Source: Pseudomonadota bacterium (GTDB lineage Bacteria > Pseudomonadota > Alphaproteobacteria > Rhizobiales > Aestuariivirgaceae). From it: DNA of 63,937 nucleotides. The notes beneath the pieces are model-generated. The model made no database searches, was not told the origin of the DNA, and saw only the letters and a list, made by a program, of their open reading frames with translations. Positions 45,210 through 56,455 of this stretch are shown in pieces. How positions within the stretch are numbered: position 1 is the stretch's first letter; every line of letters starts with the position of its first letter. The stretch covers positions 1 to 63,937 of the forward strand of contig JBEARP010000109.1 of assembly GCA_041163105.1 (NCBI GenBank), given 5' to 3'. The translations under genes were made by a program, and so were the position numbers.

Positions 45210-46535
45210 ATGACGAGTATTGACACAGTTTTCGCCTTGTCCTCCGGGGCTGGGCGCTCCGCCGTCTCAGTCATCCGCGTCTCCGGGCCTGCCTGCGGTT
45301 CCCTTCTTTGCAGCCTGATTGGCAAGATGCCGAAGCCAAGAGAGCTCGCCCTTCGAGTGGTGCGGCATCCCCGCACTGGCGAGCAACTCGACAAGGCGCT
45401 CGCGGTATGGCTGCCTGCGCCCGGATCCTTCACCGGGGAGGACTGCGCGGAACTGCATCTCCATGGCAGCACGGCGGTTGTCAGTGCCGTGATGGCTGCC
45501 ATGAGTGATCATCCATCCGTTCGCCCGGCGGAAGCGGGTGAATTCACCAAGCGCGCCTTTCTCAACGGAAAGATGGATCTTGTCGAAGCCGAGGGGATGG
45601 CGGACCTTCTGGAAGCCCGCACGGCCGCGCAGCGACGGCAGGCCCTGCGACAAATGTCAGGCATGCCCAGCTTCACCTTCGATGATTGGCGACAACAGTT
45701 GCTGCTCATCCGTGCCGATATCGAGGCGGTCGTGGATTTCGCAGACGAACCCGGTGTGGCAGAGGAGGCTGCGGCCGGCATAGATGCACGTATCCTCAAT
45801 GTGTTGGCGCAAATGACCAGCGCCGTGGAACGTGCCGCGGTGGGCGAGGCGGTGCGGCAGGGCATCAACGTGGTTCTTGCCGGACTGCCGAATACCGGAA
45901 AATCGAGTTTGCTCAATGCCATAGCGCGCAGAGACGCGGCGATCGTCTCCGATGTTCCCGGCACGACCCGGGATGCGATCGAGGTGTCTCTCGACATCAG
46001 GGGCATTCCTGTGACCCTGACCGACACTGCTGGCTTGCGCGAAGATGTTGCCGACAAGGTGGAACGCGAGGGAGTTCGTCGGTCCGAGCTTCGGATCAGG
46101 GATGCGGACATACTCGTTTGGGTGTGGTCCAGTGATGTCCCTGGCAGCGCAACCCCGGTTGGGGAACCTAGCCTTGTTGTTCAGAACAAGTGTGACCTTG
46201 AATCGGGACTCCTACGAAACGAAAGCACAAGCGCCTTGTTTCTCTCAACCCGCTCCGGGGACGGAATTCAGGAATTTATCGAACAATTGTCGACACTACT
46301 GCAATTACGTTTCGGTGACGTAGAGTCATCGCTTCTGGTAAGTGCCCGGCAGATCAAGGCGGCTCGCAATTCGATTCGGTTGCTCAACGAAGCTCTGGCG
46401 GTATCGCCGGGCAGGCTGGAGCTAAAGGCTGAGGAGATCCGCCTCGCTTCGGAAGAAATTGGCAGATTGACGGGCAAGGTGGGTGTTGAAGAATGGCTCG
46501 GAGCGATATTCAGCCGCTTCTGCATCGGAAAGTGA
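45210..46535 (+). CDS. mnmE: tRNA modification GTPase MnmE
   Basis: SFTGED, GEFTKRAF, GLPNTGKS, GTTRD, DTAG, NKCD, FCIGK. Confidence 0.97.
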   Translation: MTSIDTVFALSSGAGRSAVSVIRVSGPACGSLLCSLIGKMPKPRELALRVVRHPRTGEQLDKALAVWLPAPGSFTGEDCAELHLHGSTAVVSAVMAAMSDHPSVRPAEAGEFTKRAFLNGKMDLVEAEGMADLLEARTAAQRRQALRQMSGMPSFTFDDWRQQLLLIRADIEAVVDFADEPGVAEEAAAGIDARILNVLAQMTSAVERAAVGEAVRQGINVVLAGLPNTGKSSLLNAIARRDAAIVSDVPGTTRDAIEVSLDIRGIPVTLTDTAGLREDVADKVEREGVRRSELRIRDADILVWVWSSDVPGSATPVGEPSLVVQNKCDLESGLLRNESTSALFLSTRSGDGIQEFIEQLSTLLQLRFGDVESSLLVSARQIKAARNSIRLLNEALAVSPGRLELKAEEIRLASEEIGRLTGKVGVEEWLGAIFSRFCIGK

Positions 46536-46538
46536 CCA

Positions 46539-46554
46539 TGTTTCACGTGAAACG
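46539..46554. promoter_or_regulatory. parS centromere site (intergenic)
   Basis: TGTTTCACGTGAAACG, 15/16 match to TGTTTCACGTGAAACA. Confidence 0.93.
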
Positions 46555-46600
46555 CTGACGTGTTTTGACCTGTTGATGAGCTTGGCGTAGAGAAGCGCGC

Positions 46601-48466
46601 ATGGACACCCATTTTGATGTCATTGTCATTGGTGGCGGCCATGCCGGCACTGAGGCTGCTGCAGCGGCTGCCCGCCTTGGCGCCCGCACGGCACTTCTGA
46701 CGCACCGCGCCGACACCATTGGTGAAATGTCGTGCAATCCGGCCATCGGTGGGCTTGGCAAGGGCCATCTTGTTCGCGAGATCGATGCGCTGGATGGTTT
46801 GATGGGCCGGGTGGCAGACCGGGCTGGAATTCAGTTCCGGCTGCTTAATCGATCCAAGGGCCCTGCTGTTCGCGGCCCGCGCGCGCAAGCAGATCGCAAG
46901 CTCTATCGCCAGGCCATGCAGGCTGCAATCTCCAGCCAGCCAAACCTGACAGTCATTCCCGGGGCCGCGCATGGCTTTCAACTCTTGGATGGAAAGCTGG
47001 CGGGGGTTACCTGCGAGGATGGCCGAATACTCGGCTGCTCCGCCGTTGTTCTCACCACGGGCACCTTCTTGAACGGGTTGATCCATATCGGGGATCGTCG
47101 GATTCCTGCCGGGCGCCACGGAGAGCCGCCCAGCAGAGGATTTTCCGAGCAGTTGTCCATGTTTGGGCTTAAACTGGGCCGGCTGAAGACAGGCACGCCC
47201 GCCCGCCTGGACGGACGCACCATTGCCTGGAACCGGCTCGAGGAACAGAAGGGCGATGCGGAGCCAGTTCCCTTCTCCTTCTTGACCCATCGGATCGAGA
47301 CGCCTCAGATCTCTTGCCATATCACGGCGACCACCGCCGAAGGCCACCGCCTGATCCGAGACAACATGCATCGTTCACCCCTTTACTCCGGCCAAATCGA
47401 AGGGGTGGGACCGCGCTATTGTCCTTCCATCGAAGACAAGGTGCAGCGCTTCCGCGACAAGGACAGCCATCAGGTTTTCCTTGAGCCAGAAGGGCTTGAC
47501 GATGACACCGTCTATCCGAATGGCATTTCCACATCGCTCCCGGAAGACGTCCAGGAGGGCTTCATCCGGAGCATGCCGGGATTGGAAAGCGTTACAATCA
47601 AGCGCTGGGGTTATGCCATTGAGTATGACTACGTTGACCCACGTGAACTGACGGCTTCCCTTGAGGTCAAGAAAATGCAGGGCCTATTCCTGGCGGGTCA
47701 AATCAATGGCACCACCGGCTATGAGGAGGCTGCTGCACAGGGATTGGTCGCAGGAGCCAATGCCGCGCGCCAGGCAGCCGGGCTGCAACCCCTGATCATG
47801 GACCGATCGCAGGCCTATATCGGCGTTATGATTGACGATTTGGTCACACGCGGAGTTGCCGAGCCCTACCGCATGTTCACATCTCGGGCCGAATATCGGC
47901 TGTCATTGCGCGCCGATAATGCTGATCTCCGGCTGACCTCCTGGGGTATCGAGGCTGGTCTGGTGGGGCGGGAGCGTCAATTTCACTTCAGAACCCGAGA
48001 GGCCGCGATAAGGGACGGGCTGGACATGGCACATTCGCTTACCATGACCTCTGGCGAAGCTGCCCGCAGGGGGCTGAAAGTCAATCAGGATGGCCTGCGG
48101 CGATCCGCCGTCGACCTGATCGGCATGCCGGATATCGGTTGGGCGGGAGTGGTGGCACTTTGGCCGCAACTGGCTGGACTTCGCTCGGATGTCATCGAAG
48201 CGATTGAAGCGGAAGCCCTCTATTCCGGTTATCTGGAGCGTCAGGAGTTGGACATTGCAGCACTTCGGCGGGAGGAAAAAATGGCCCTACCGGGAGGGCT
48301 CGACTATGCCGCGATGCCCAGCCTGTCGGCTGAATTACGTCAAAAGCTGATCGCCGTGCAGCCGGCAACCCTTGGACAGGCGGCCCGGATAGACGGCATG
48401 ACACCAGCGGCCCTTGCGGTCATTCTGGGTCATGTAAAGCGCAGAGACCGGCAGAACGCGGCATGA
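46601..48466 (+). CDS. mnmG: tRNA uridine-5-carboxymethylaminomethyl modification enzyme MnmG (GidA)
   Basis: [38 protein letters not shown]. Confidence 0.98.
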   Translation: MDTHFDVIVIGGGHAGTEAAAAAARLGARTALLTHRADTIGEMSCNPAIGGLGKGHLVREIDALDGLMGRVADRAGIQFRLLNRSKGPAVRGPRAQADRKLYRQAMQAAISSQPNLTVIPGAAHGFQLLDGKLAGVTCEDGRILGCSAVVLTTGTFLNGLIHIGDRRIPAGRHGEPPSRGFSEQLSMFGLKLGRLKTGTPARLDGRTIAWNRLEEQKGDAEPVPFSFLTHRIETPQISCHITATTAEGHRLIRDNMHRSPLYSGQIEGVGPRYCPSIEDKVQRFRDKDSHQVFLEPEGLDDDTVYPNGISTSLPEDVQEGFIRSMPGLESVTIKRWGYAIEYDYVDPRELTASLEVKKMQGLFLAGQINGTTGYEEAAAQGLVAGANAARQAAGLQPLIMDRSQAYIGVMIDDLVTRGVAEPYRMFTSRAEYRLSLRADNADLRLTSWGIEAGLVGRERQFHFRTREAAIRDGLDMAHSLTMTSGEAARRGLKVNQDGLRRSAVDLIGMPDIGWAGVVALWPQLAGLRSDVIEAIEAEALYSGYLERQELDIAALRREEKMALPGGLDYAAMPSLSAELRQKLIAVQPATLGQAARIDGMTPAALAVILGHVKRRDRQNAA

Positions 48467-49089
48467 CACCACCCGGGGTCATCGAACTGCTTGATCGCTA
48501 CAATGTTTCACGTGAGTCACGGCAGAAGATCGAGACGTATGTGAAACTGCTGCTGACCTGGCAGCAACGCATCAACCTGATTGGTCCGGCCACCGTTGCC
48601 TACGTCTGGGACCGGCACATTTGCGACTCGCTGCAGCTTTTGCCGCTCCTGCCCAAAGATGTTCGCACCATTGCCGAATTGGGCTCAGGCGCAGGAATTC
48701 CTGGCCTGGTTCTCGCCATGGCGGCAGACCTGCAGGCACATCTCTACGAAAGCAACGGAAAGAAGGCCGCCTTTCTTCGCGAGGCAGCGCGCCAAACCGG
48801 TACCCAGGCCATCGTCCACAATGTCCGCCTGGAGACGTTGTCGACCAAGACCGACCTCCCGAAAGTCCAGTGCGTGGTTGCGCGGGCGCTGGCTCCGCTG
48901 CCCCTGCTGCTCGATTATGCCGAGCCATTTCTCTCCGAAGGAGCCCTAGGGCTCTTTCACAAGGGACAAGATGTAGACGCTGAATTGACCGAAGCCACAA
49001 AATACTGGAGAATAGGGTTGACCAAGCATGCGAGCCAGTGCGACTCGCGCGGCGTCATTCTTGAAATCCGAGAGGCCACCCGTGTCTGA
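48463..49089 (+). CDS. rsmG: 16S rRNA m7G527 methyltransferase RsmG (GidB)
   Basis: [28 protein letters not shown]. Confidence 0.95.
   Translation: MTPPGVIELLDRYNVSRESRQKIETYVKLLLTWQQRINLIGPATVAYVWDRHICDSLQLLPLLPKDVRTIAELGSGAGIPGLVLAMAADLQAHLYESNGKKAAFLREAARQTGTQAIVHNVRLETLSTKTDLPKVQCVVARALAPLPLLLDYAEPFLSEGALGLFHKGQDVDAELTEATKYWRIGLTKHASQCDSRGVILEIREATRV
48504..48519. promoter_or_regulatory. Second parS site inside rsmG
   Basis: TGTTTCACGTGAGTCA (14/16), encoding VSRES. Confidence 0.8.
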
Positions 49090-49915
49090 TCACATCCCTG
49101 GCAGTTCGCCTGCTTCGGCTCCGCGCATTCTCGCCGTTGCCAACCAGAAGGGCGGGGTGGGCAAGACCACGACGGCCATAAACCTCGGAACGGCACTTGC
49201 CGCCGTCGGCGAAAGGGTCCTGATCGTCGATCTCGATCCGCAGGGCAATGCCAGCACCGGCCTCGGCGTACACCGTCGCCAGGGGCAGAAATCGACCTAT
49301 CATGTTCTGATGGGCGAAGCGTCTCTTCGCAACGTGATCATCGACTCCGGCATTCCCCGGCTGCATTGCGCGCCATCCACGATGGACTTGCTTGGCGCCG
49401 AACTTGAACTGGCCAACATTGACCGCAAGACCTACCGGCTCGCCGATGCCATCGCGCAGCTATGCCGGGAGAACGATCCCGAGCGCAGTTACAGCTATGT
49501 GCTGGTCGACTGCCCGCCCTCCTTGAACCTGCTGACGATCAACTCGCTGTCCGCTGCAGACGCGATCCTGGTGCCGCTCCAGTGTGAATTCTTCGCCCTC
49601 GAGGGCTTGAGCCAACTGATCAAGACTGTTGAGCGTGTCAGGAGTAATTTGAACCCTCGGCTCACCATCCAGGGCGTGGTGTTGACCATGTTCGACCGCC
49701 GGAACAATCTTTCGGAACAGGTTGCGGACGACGTGCGCAGCGTGCTGGGCGACAAGGTTTACCAGACGGTCATACCGCGCAACGTACGCATTTCCGAGGC
49801 GCCGTCCCACGGCAAGCCGGTGCTGCTCTACGACAATGCCTGTGTTGGTTCACAGGCCTATATTCGGTTGGCGTCGGAGATCATCCGGCGTGAGCGCGAG
49901 TTGCGCGCAGCCTAG
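49082..49915 (+). CDS. parA: Chromosome partitioning ATPase ParA
   Basis: NQKGGVGKTTT, DLDPQGN, DCPPSL, PRNVRISEAPS. Confidence 0.97.
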   Translation: MSDHIPGSSPASAPRILAVANQKGGVGKTTTAINLGTALAAVGERVLIVDLDPQGNASTGLGVHRRQGQKSTYHVLMGEASLRNVIIDSGIPRLHCAPSTMDLLGAELELANIDRKTYRLADAIAQLCRENDPERSYSYVLVDCPPSLNLLTINSLSAADAILVPLQCEFFALEGLSQLIKTVERVRSNLNPRLTIQGVVLTMFDRRNNLSEQVADDVRSVLGDKVYQTVIPRNVRISEAPSHGKPVLLYDNACVGSQAYIRLASEIIRRERELRAA

Positions 49916-49959
49916 ATTCGATTCCGTAACGATCCACGACTGACAGAGTAGGACGAAAC

Positions 49960-50823
49960 ATGGACATGGGCAGCCCCCCCAAGAAGCGGCTTGGCCGCGG
50001 ACTTGCCGCGCTGATTGGTGAAGACACCAGCGAAGAGACGGTGGTGCAGGATGTGCGCTCGCTTCGCCACATGCCCATCGACCTGTTAAAGGCGAGCCCC
50101 AACAACCCGCGCAAGAGCTTCGCCGAAGGCGAACTCGATGATCTGGCGAAGTCGATCCGGGAAAAGGGACTTCTGCAGCCGATCGTGGTGCGCCCCGTTG
50201 CCAACGGCGACTACGAAATCGTCGCCGGCGAGCGCCGCTGGCGCGCCGCGCAGCGGGCCGGCATTCATGACGTGCCTGTCCTCATTCGTGACCTGACTGA
50301 TGGTGAAGCGCTGGAGATCGCGCTGATCGAAAACATCCAGCGATCTGACCTCAACGCGCTGGAAGAGGCGCGAGCCTATGCCTTGCTGCTCGAGCAGTTC
50401 AGCTACACCCAGCAGCAACTTGCGGATTCGATCGGCAAGAGCCGGAGCCACATCGCCAATACCTTGCGCCTGATGAACCTGCCGGAGGCCGTGCGCGCCG
50501 AGATCGAGCAGGGGCGTCTGACCGCGGGCCATGCGCGAGCTCTTGTTGCAACCGGTTCGCCGGCAGAACTTGCCGCGAAGATCATCAAGCTTGGTCTCTC
50601 TGTGCGTGAGGCCGAGAACCTCGCCCGCGAAGCCGCATCACCAAAGAAGCCCAGGGCGAAACTCGACAAGGATGCGGATACCCGCGCGCTCGAGAGGCTC
50701 GTCTCTGAGGCGATTGGCCTCAAGTTGGAAATCACCCACAAGGGCGATGGCAGCGGAACGATGTTGATCACCTACAAGACACTGGACCAGCTCGAGGACG
50801 TCTGCCGCCGCCTGCAGACGTGA
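49960..50823 (+). CDS. parB: Chromosome partitioning protein ParB
   Basis: [38 protein letters not shown]. Confidence 0.97.
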   Translation: MDMGSPPKKRLGRGLAALIGEDTSEETVVQDVRSLRHMPIDLLKASPNNPRKSFAEGELDDLAKSIREKGLLQPIVVRPVANGDYEIVAGERRWRAAQRAGIHDVPVLIRDLTDGEALEIALIENIQRSDLNALEEARAYALLLEQFSYTQQQLADSIGKSRSHIANTLRLMNLPEAVRAEIEQGRLTAGHARALVATGSPAELAAKIIKLGLSVREAENLAREAASPKKPRAKLDKDADTRALERLVSEAIGLKLEITHKGDGSGTMLITYKTLDQLEDVCRRLQT

Positions 50824-50826
50824 GTT

Positions 50827-52404
50827 TCAGTGCCGGAAGTGCCTGACGCCCGTGAACACCATGGCAAGGCCCCTCTCGTCAGCGGCACCAATGACCTCGT
50901 CGTCCTTCATGGAACCCCCCGGCTGAATAACGGCCGTGGCGCCCGCCTCAGCGGCCTGCAGCAGGCCGTCGGGGAATGGGAAGAATGCATCCGAGGCAAC
51001 GACCGAGCCAAGGATCGATGGGCGCTCCAGGCCGGCCTCGCGCGACACATCCTCGTTCTTGCGCGCGGCGATGCGGGCCGAATCAACACGCGACATCTGG
51101 CCAGCTCCGATGCCGACCGTGGCACCCCCCTTGGCATAGACGATGGCGTTGGACTTCACATGTTTGGCGACGCGAAAGGCAAATCTCAGATCGCTGAGTT
51201 CGGACGCGGTCGGCTGGCGCTTCGTCACAACCTTCAGATCCATCGCATCGACGGACATGGTGTCACGTGTTTGCACAAGCAATCCACCACCAACTGATTT
51301 CACGGAGAGACCCGAACCCGAGATCGGGCGTCCTTCGAGAAGAAGCAGACGCAGGTTTTTTTTCCTTGCTACGATCTCGATTGCCATTTCGTCTGCATAC
51401 GGAGCAACAATCACCTCCGTGAACAGCTCGGTGATCACGGAAGCTGTCGCCGCGTCGAGAGGCTCGCTCAGGGAGATGATGCCGCCGAATGCGCTCACCG
51501 GATCGCAGGCCAATGCCTTGCGATAGGCCTCGATCGAACTGGAGCCCACCGCCACGCCGCAGGGATTGGCATGCTTAACGATCACGCAGGCCGCCTGCGA
51601 TCCGTGCGCAAACTCGCTGAGGCACTCCAGGGCTGCGTCGGTATCGTTGATGTTGTTGTAGGACAGTTCCTTTCCCTGCAGCTGGCGTGCCGCGGCGATA
51701 CCGAACGCCTGCCCGGGCGCCGCATAGAATGCGGCTGTCTGATGAGGGTTCTCGCCATAGCGAAGCGCCTGCAGCTTGCCACCACCTGTCGCAAAATAGC
51801 TGCCAAGGGGATCGCTCGAATGGCTGCCAAACCACTGGCTGATTGCTGCATCATAGCTCGCCGTCCGCGCAAAGGCCTTGGCAGCCAAGTTGCGCCGCGT
51901 TGCCAGTGTCGTCGTCCTTCCAGCGGCAAGCTCTGCTGCTACAACATCATAGTCCGCCGGATCGACGACAACGGTGACATCGCCATGGTTCTTGGCTGCA
52001 GCGCGGATCATCGCGGGACCACCCACATCGATGTTCTCAACCGTATCCTGCCAAGACGCACCGCGCGCCACCGTCGCCTCGAAGGGATAGAGGTTGACCA
52101 CGAGCAGGCCGATCGGACCGATGCCGTGGCTTGCCATGGCCGCCGCGTGTTCGGCGTTTGCCCGTACTCCCAGCAACCCACCGTGAATGGCGGGGTGCAG
52201 CGTCTTGACCCGCCCATCCATGATCTCCGGAAAGCCAGTGATGCTCGACACCTCGATCACAGGGAGCCCTGCTTCAGCCAGGCTCCTTGCCGTACCTCCC
52301 GTCGACACCAACTCGATACCAAGGGAGACCAACCTCTGGGCAAAGGGTATGAGCCCGGTCTTGTCAGAAACGGAAAGCAGCGCGCGGCTAACGGGTTCAG
52401 TCAT
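50827..52404 (-). CDS. purH: Bifunctional AICAR formyltransferase/IMP cyclohydrolase
   Basis: [40 protein letters not shown]. Confidence 0.98.
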   Translation of the reverse strand: MTEPVSRALLSVSDKTGLIPFAQRLVSLGIELVSTGGTARSLAEAGLPVIEVSSITGFPEIMDGRVKTLHPAIHGGLLGVRANAEHAAAMASHGIGPIGLLVVNLYPFEATVARGASWQDTVENIDVGGPAMIRAAAKNHGDVTVVVDPADYDVVAAELAAGRTTTLATRRNLAAKAFARTASYDAAISQWFGSHSSDPLGSYFATGGGKLQALRYGENPHQTAAFYAAPGQAFGIAAARQLQGKELSYNNINDTDAALECLSEFAHGSQAACVIVKHANPCGVAVGSSSIEAYRKALACDPVSAFGGIISLSEPLDAATASVITELFTEVIVAPYADEMAIEIVARKKNLRLLLLEGRPISGSGLSVKSVGGGLLVQTRDTMSVDAMDLKVVTKRQPTASELSDLRFAFRVAKHVKSNAIVYAKGGATVGIGAGQMSRVDSARIAARKNEDVSREAGLERPSILGSVVASDAFFPFPDGLLQAAEAGATAVIQPGGSMKDDEVIGAADERGLAMVFTGVRHFRH

Positions 52405-52465
52405 CGGAGCCTCGGAACGGATTTAGACTGCCGACCGCATAGCACTTTCGAGCGCTCGCACAAGC

Positions 52466-53779
52466 TCAGGCGCGTCGACGCATCGCCACGGCAAAGAACC
52501 CGTCCATACCCTGGCATCCGCCATAACTCATGAACGGGAGTGTCCTCACCCAGCCTTCCGGCTGAGCAGCACCCTCCGGCAACCAGGAACCCTCGGCCGG
52601 CACAATCTCGAAATCCGGCTGGTCTGCCAGAAAGCCCCGTGCCCGCATCTCCCCTTCTTCCGGCTCGAGCGAGCAGGTGCAGTAGACGACAACCCCGCCG
52701 GGCTTCACCAAACTTGCCGCCTTGCGCAGCAACCGACGCTGCAGTCCAGCCAGCTCCCGAACTTGCGCCTCATCCTTCAGGTATGGCAGTTCGGGATGGC
52801 GCCTGATCGTCCCCGTCGCGGAGCATGGGGCGTCCAGCAACACCGCATCCCACTCACCCGAAAGGTCTGAGCTCAGCACATCCCTGGCAACAAGCGTGGC
52901 GTCGAGGCCGGTCCGCCGCAAATTCTCCTGCACCCGAACGAGCCGTACCTCGGACATATCCACTGCCGTAACCCTTGCACCGGAAGCGGCCAGCTGCAGG
53001 GTCTTCCCGCCTGGCGCCGCACAAAGGTCGAGCACTGCACGGCCCCGCACATCGCCAAGCAGGCGAGCGGGAATGGTGGCGGCGGCATCCTGAATCCACC
53101 ACGCCCCCTCGGAGAAGCCAGCCAGGTCCGGTACAGCCTCATGACCCGATGACAGGCGAAGCTGACCATTCGGAAGCAGCACGCCACCCAGAGCTTCGAT
53201 CCAAGGACCAGCCTCAACCTTGAAGGCAATGTCGAGAGCGGGGCGCTCGCCGTTTGCCAGCGCGACTTGACGAGTGGTGTCCTCGCCATAGGTCTTTACC
53301 CAGCGGTCCCAGAGCCAAGTTGGCGTGTTCAAGCGGGGGGCGTCGAGCCCCTCGAGCAGGGTCAGGCCGCCAGTCGAAACCTTGCGCAGCACGGCATTGA
53401 CCAAGCCGGAAAAATGCAGCGCAAAGCGATCTTGCTTTGCGGTTCTAACTGCAAGATCGATTACCGCATGCGGTGCCATACCGAGAAACAGCAGTTGAGA
53501 AACGCCAAGAACCAAGATCTCACGCGTCACACCAGACTTGCGGGGCAGGGGCCGGTCAACGAGCCTCGCGAGGATGGCATCGATCTCACCACCGTGCCGA
53601 AAAGTCGTAAGAAGGAGTGTCGAGAGAAAGGCGCGATCCCGCTGATCCAGCGCCTGCGCCTCCCGACTGCCCGATACGACGTCTTCGACCGTCAGCTTGC
53701 GATCCAAGCAGACACGCAGGAGCGTCGCTGCAAGCCGCCGGACCTCGAGGCCCTGCGCATGGGAAACCTGTGTCGTCAT
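52466..53779 (-). CDS. rsmB: RsmB/NOL1/NOP2 RNA m5C methyltransferase with NusB-like N-terminus
   Basis: [32 protein letters not shown]. Confidence 0.9.
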   Translation of the reverse strand: MTTQVSHAQGLEVRRLAATLLRVCLDRKLTVEDVVSGSREAQALDQRDRAFLSTLLLTTFRHGGEIDAILARLVDRPLPRKSGVTREILVLGVSQLLFLGMAPHAVIDLAVRTAKQDRFALHFSGLVNAVLRKVSTGGLTLLEGLDAPRLNTPTWLWDRWVKTYGEDTTRQVALANGERPALDIAFKVEAGPWIEALGGVLLPNGQLRLSSGHEAVPDLAGFSEGAWWIQDAAATIPARLLGDVRGRAVLDLCAAPGGKTLQLAASGARVTAVDMSEVRLVRVQENLRRTGLDATLVARDVLSSDLSGEWDAVLLDAPCSATGTIRRHPELPYLKDEAQVRELAGLQRRLLRKAASLVKPGGVVVYCTCSLEPEEGEMRARGFLADQPDFEIVPAEGSWLPEGAAQPEGWVRTLPFMSYGGCQGMDGFFAVAMRRRA

Positions 53780-54690
53780 CCCCAGGGGCCGGACTGGCGG
53801 CGCTGGACAGTTTCCCACGGACCAAAGTCAACAGTATTCGCCTCACCCATCTCGGCGGCCAACCTCTGCAGCTCGGCAATACGCTTGCCGGGGTCCGGAT
53901 GGGTGGAGAACAAATTGTCCATCCGCATGCCCGACAGTGGATTGATGATGAACATGTGGGCCGTGGCGGGATTTGCCTCCGCCGCGGGATTGACGATCTG
54001 ACGGGCGGCGCCGGAAATCTTGGCCAGCGCTGAGGCGAGCGCCATGGGTTGTCCGGAAATCTCGGCACCACCGCGGTCCGCGCCATACTCGCGTGTGCGG
54101 CTGATCGCCATCTGCACGAGCATGGCGGCGAGCGGAGCGAGAACGACCATCAGGATGACGCCGACAACACCGAACGGGTTGTTGCGGTCGCGATTGCCAC
54201 CAAACAGCATGCCGAAATTGGCCAGCATGGAAATCGCACCGGCGATGGTGGCAGTCATGGTCATCACCAGCGTATCGCGGTTGCGCACATGCGCCAATTC
54301 ATGGGCCATCACTCCCGCGATCTCATCCGGGGTGAGCAGGCCCAACAGGCCGGTGGTTGCAGCGACAGCGGCATTCTCAGGATTGCGGCCCGTCGCAAAG
54401 GCATTGGGCTGCGGATTGTCCATGATGTAAACCTTGGGCATGGGCAGGCCGGCACGCTGCGAGAGGTCTTCGATCAACTGATAGAATTCGGGGGCTGTCT
54501 GCCGGTCCACCTGGCGGGCCCCATGCATGCGCAACACCATCTTGTCGGCGTTCCAGTAGGCGAAGATGTTCATGCCCGCCGCCATAAGGAAGGCTATGAA
54601 CATGCCCTGCTCGCGGCCCAGCAGATAGCCGACCGCAAGAAACAGGCCCATCAGGGCCGCCATCAGCAAACCGGTGCGCATGGTATTCAT
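53776..54690 (-). CDS. htpX: Zinc metalloprotease HtpX
   Basis: [24 protein letters not shown]; ATG after GGAGG. Confidence 0.97.
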   Translation of the reverse strand: MNTMRTGLLMAALMGLFLAVGYLLGREQGMFIAFLMAAGMNIFAYWNADKMVLRMHGARQVDRQTAPEFYQLIEDLSQRAGLPMPKVYIMDNPQPNAFATGRNPENAAVAATTGLLGLLTPDEIAGVMAHELAHVRNRDTLVMTMTATIAGAISMLANFGMLFGGNRDRNNPFGVVGVILMVVLAPLAAMLVQMAISRTREYGADRGGAEISGQPMALASALAKISGAARQIVNPAAEANPATAHMFIINPLSGMRMDNLFSTHPDPGKRIAELQRLAAEMGEANTVDFGPWETVQRRQSGPWG

Positions 54691-54724
54691 GCCGCCAACT
54701 CCTCCTTGCCAAACCGCTTGGCCC

Positions 54725-54740
54725 GCCCTCATATGAGGGC
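54725..54740. promoter_or_regulatory. Perfect 16-bp palindrome between htpX and DUF1674
   Basis: GCCCTCATATGAGGGC; CTTG..-N16/17-CTCATAT RpoH-like promoter on each strand. Confidence 0.6.
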
Positions 54741-54762
54741 AATGACGATGAACCACAAGACC

Positions 54763-54933
54763 ATGAGCGACAGGCCACTTTCACCCGAAGCCCGGCGGGC
54801 GCTTGCCGAGGCTGAGGAACGCCGCAAGGCAAAGCCCGAGGTGAAGCTGCCCAAGGAAGTGAATGGCCGCGACGGCCCTGAACCCACCCGCTTCGGCGAC
54901 TGGGAGAAAAAGGGCATCACCTCCGACTTCTGA
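54763..54933 (+). CDS. DUF1674 (SDHAF4-like) small protein; start may be 54742 or 54748
   Basis: [30 protein letters not shown]. Confidence 0.88.
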   Translation: MSDRPLSPEARRALAEAEERRKAKPEVKLPKEVNGRDGPEPTRFGDWEKKGITSDF

Positions 54934-55719
54934 TCAGCCGAAGCCCAGCCTGCGGCGGATGTTATTCGCCGTTGCGCCATCGCCGCGCAGCTCACGAAGC
55001 GCGGTACTGGAGAGGCTCTTGGACAGCTTGTGGCCTTCGGCATCACGGATGAGATCGTGGTGGAGGTAGACAGGCGTAGGAAGGCCGAGCAGACCTTGCA
55101 GCAGCCTATGCAAAGGCGTTGCCGGCTCGATGTCCAGTCCACGCACCACATGCGTCACCCCCTGCAGCGCGTCGTCTGTCACCACAGCGATGTGATAGCT
55201 TGAGCCCACATGGCGCTTGGCGATCATGGCGTCACCCCACACCGCCGCCTCTGGGTCACCCGCCTGCGCCATATCGATCCGCCAGCCATGCGTGCCGCCG
55301 TGGGCAATGCGCTCCTCAGCATCCGCGCGCGACAGTGCGCGGCAAGAGCCGCCGTAGTGTGGTTGTCCGTCGGGATCACGGATCTGCAAACCATCTGCAT
55401 GCGCCCTCTTGCGCGAGCAGAAGCAGGGATAGATGGCACCCATGTCCCACAATCTTACGAGATTGGCCTGATAATCCGCGAAGTGTTCGCTCTGGATGCG
55501 CACCGGCATCTCCCAGGAAATGCCAAGCCACTCCAAATCCTCGAAAATAGCTGAAACGAATTCCGGTCGGGACCGGCTCTCGTCGGTGTCTTCAATGCGC
55601 AGCAGAAGGCGGCCGTCCGCTTGTGCAGCCATTTGGGCGTTGAGAAGGGCAGAGTAGGCGTGGCCCAGATGCAGCAGGCCATTCGGGCTTGGTGCAAAGC
55701 GGAATACAGGTCGGCTCAT
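54934..55719 (-). CDS. gluQ: Glutamyl-Q tRNA(Asp) synthetase
   Basis: RFAPSP, HLGH, RIED, CFCSR, SYHIAVV.DD, KLSKS; no anticodon domain. Confidence 0.92.
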   Translation of the reverse strand: MSRPVFRFAPSPNGLLHLGHAYSALLNAQMAAQADGRLLLRIEDTDESRSRPEFVSAIFEDLEWLGISWEMPVRIQSEHFADYQANLVRLWDMGAIYPCFCSRKRAHADGLQIRDPDGQPHYGGSCRALSRADAEERIAHGGTHGWRIDMAQAGDPEAAVWGDAMIAKRHVGSSYHIAVVTDDALQGVTHVVRGLDIEPATPLHRLLQGLLGLPTPVYLHHDLIRDAEGHKLSKSLSSTALRELRGDGATANNIRRRLGFG

Positions 55720-55762
55720 GGAGCGGTCTTGCGGTCAAATCAGTGAAACGTCAAACAGGGTC

Positions 55763-56392
55763 ATGCACAGGCTCCATACCATGGGGGATTTCGAAGCGGC
55801 GGTCGCCCGGCTCAGCGCCATAGAGCCGCGCTTTTCAGCTGTCGTTGAATGCCACGGCATGCCACCACTCCGCCATGTCGAACCCGGCCTGCAAAGCCTT
55901 CTGAGGATTGTGACCGACCAGCTGATTTCCCTCAAGGCCGGTGAGGCGATTTGGGCGCGACTTGCGGCGCGGTTGGGCCGGTTCACGCCCGATCTCGTTC
56001 TGGCGGCGAGCCAGGAGGAGCTTCGGTCCCTTGGACTTTCCGGCGCCAAGGCCCGTACCTTTCACGCCGCCGCACTGGCCTTCGGCCAGGGCAGCCTGTC
56101 GGACGCGGACGGGCTCGGTGACGCTGAGGTTCAGCGACGGCTGTTGGCCATTCCGGGTGTGGGTCCATGGACGGCCAGCATCTATCTGCTGATGGCGCTG
56201 CGGTCGGCTGATGCCTGGCCCGCCGCCGATCTGGCCTTGCAGGTTGCGGCGCAGGACCTGTTTTGCCTCCAGGAGCGCCCGTCATCCCGCAGGATGGCAG
56301 AACTGGGGGAGGCTTGGCGTCCATATCGCTCGGCAGCGGCACTGCTTCTGTGGCGGCATTATCGTGGCCTTCGGGACATGTCCCCGGCGTGA
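55763..56392 (+). CDS. DNA-3-methyladenine glycosylase II (AlkA family)
   Basis: QLIS..A..AIW, GLSGAK, HhH IPGVGPWTA, WPAADL, WRPYRS. Confidence 0.9.
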   Translation: MHRLHTMGDFEAAVARLSAIEPRFSAVVECHGMPPLRHVEPGLQSLLRIVTDQLISLKAGEAIWARLAARLGRFTPDLVLAASQEELRSLGLSGAKARTFHAAALAFGQGSLSDADGLGDAEVQRRLLAIPGVGPWTASIYLLMALRSADAWPAADLALQVAAQDLFCLQERPSSRRMAELGEAWRPYRSAAALLLWRHYRGLRDMSPA

Positions 56393-56415
56393 AGAGGGGT
56401 CTTCACAGGATTGCC

Positions 56416-56431
56416 ACACTAGATATAGTAG
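56416..56431. promoter_or_regulatory. NrdR-box-like operator upstream of HNH gene
   Basis: ACACTAGATATAGTAG versus consensus acaCwAtATaTwGtg; overlaps TATAGT -10. Confidence 0.6.
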
Positions 56432-56455
56432 GCTCTCAAGGATTCGATCCGAGAG

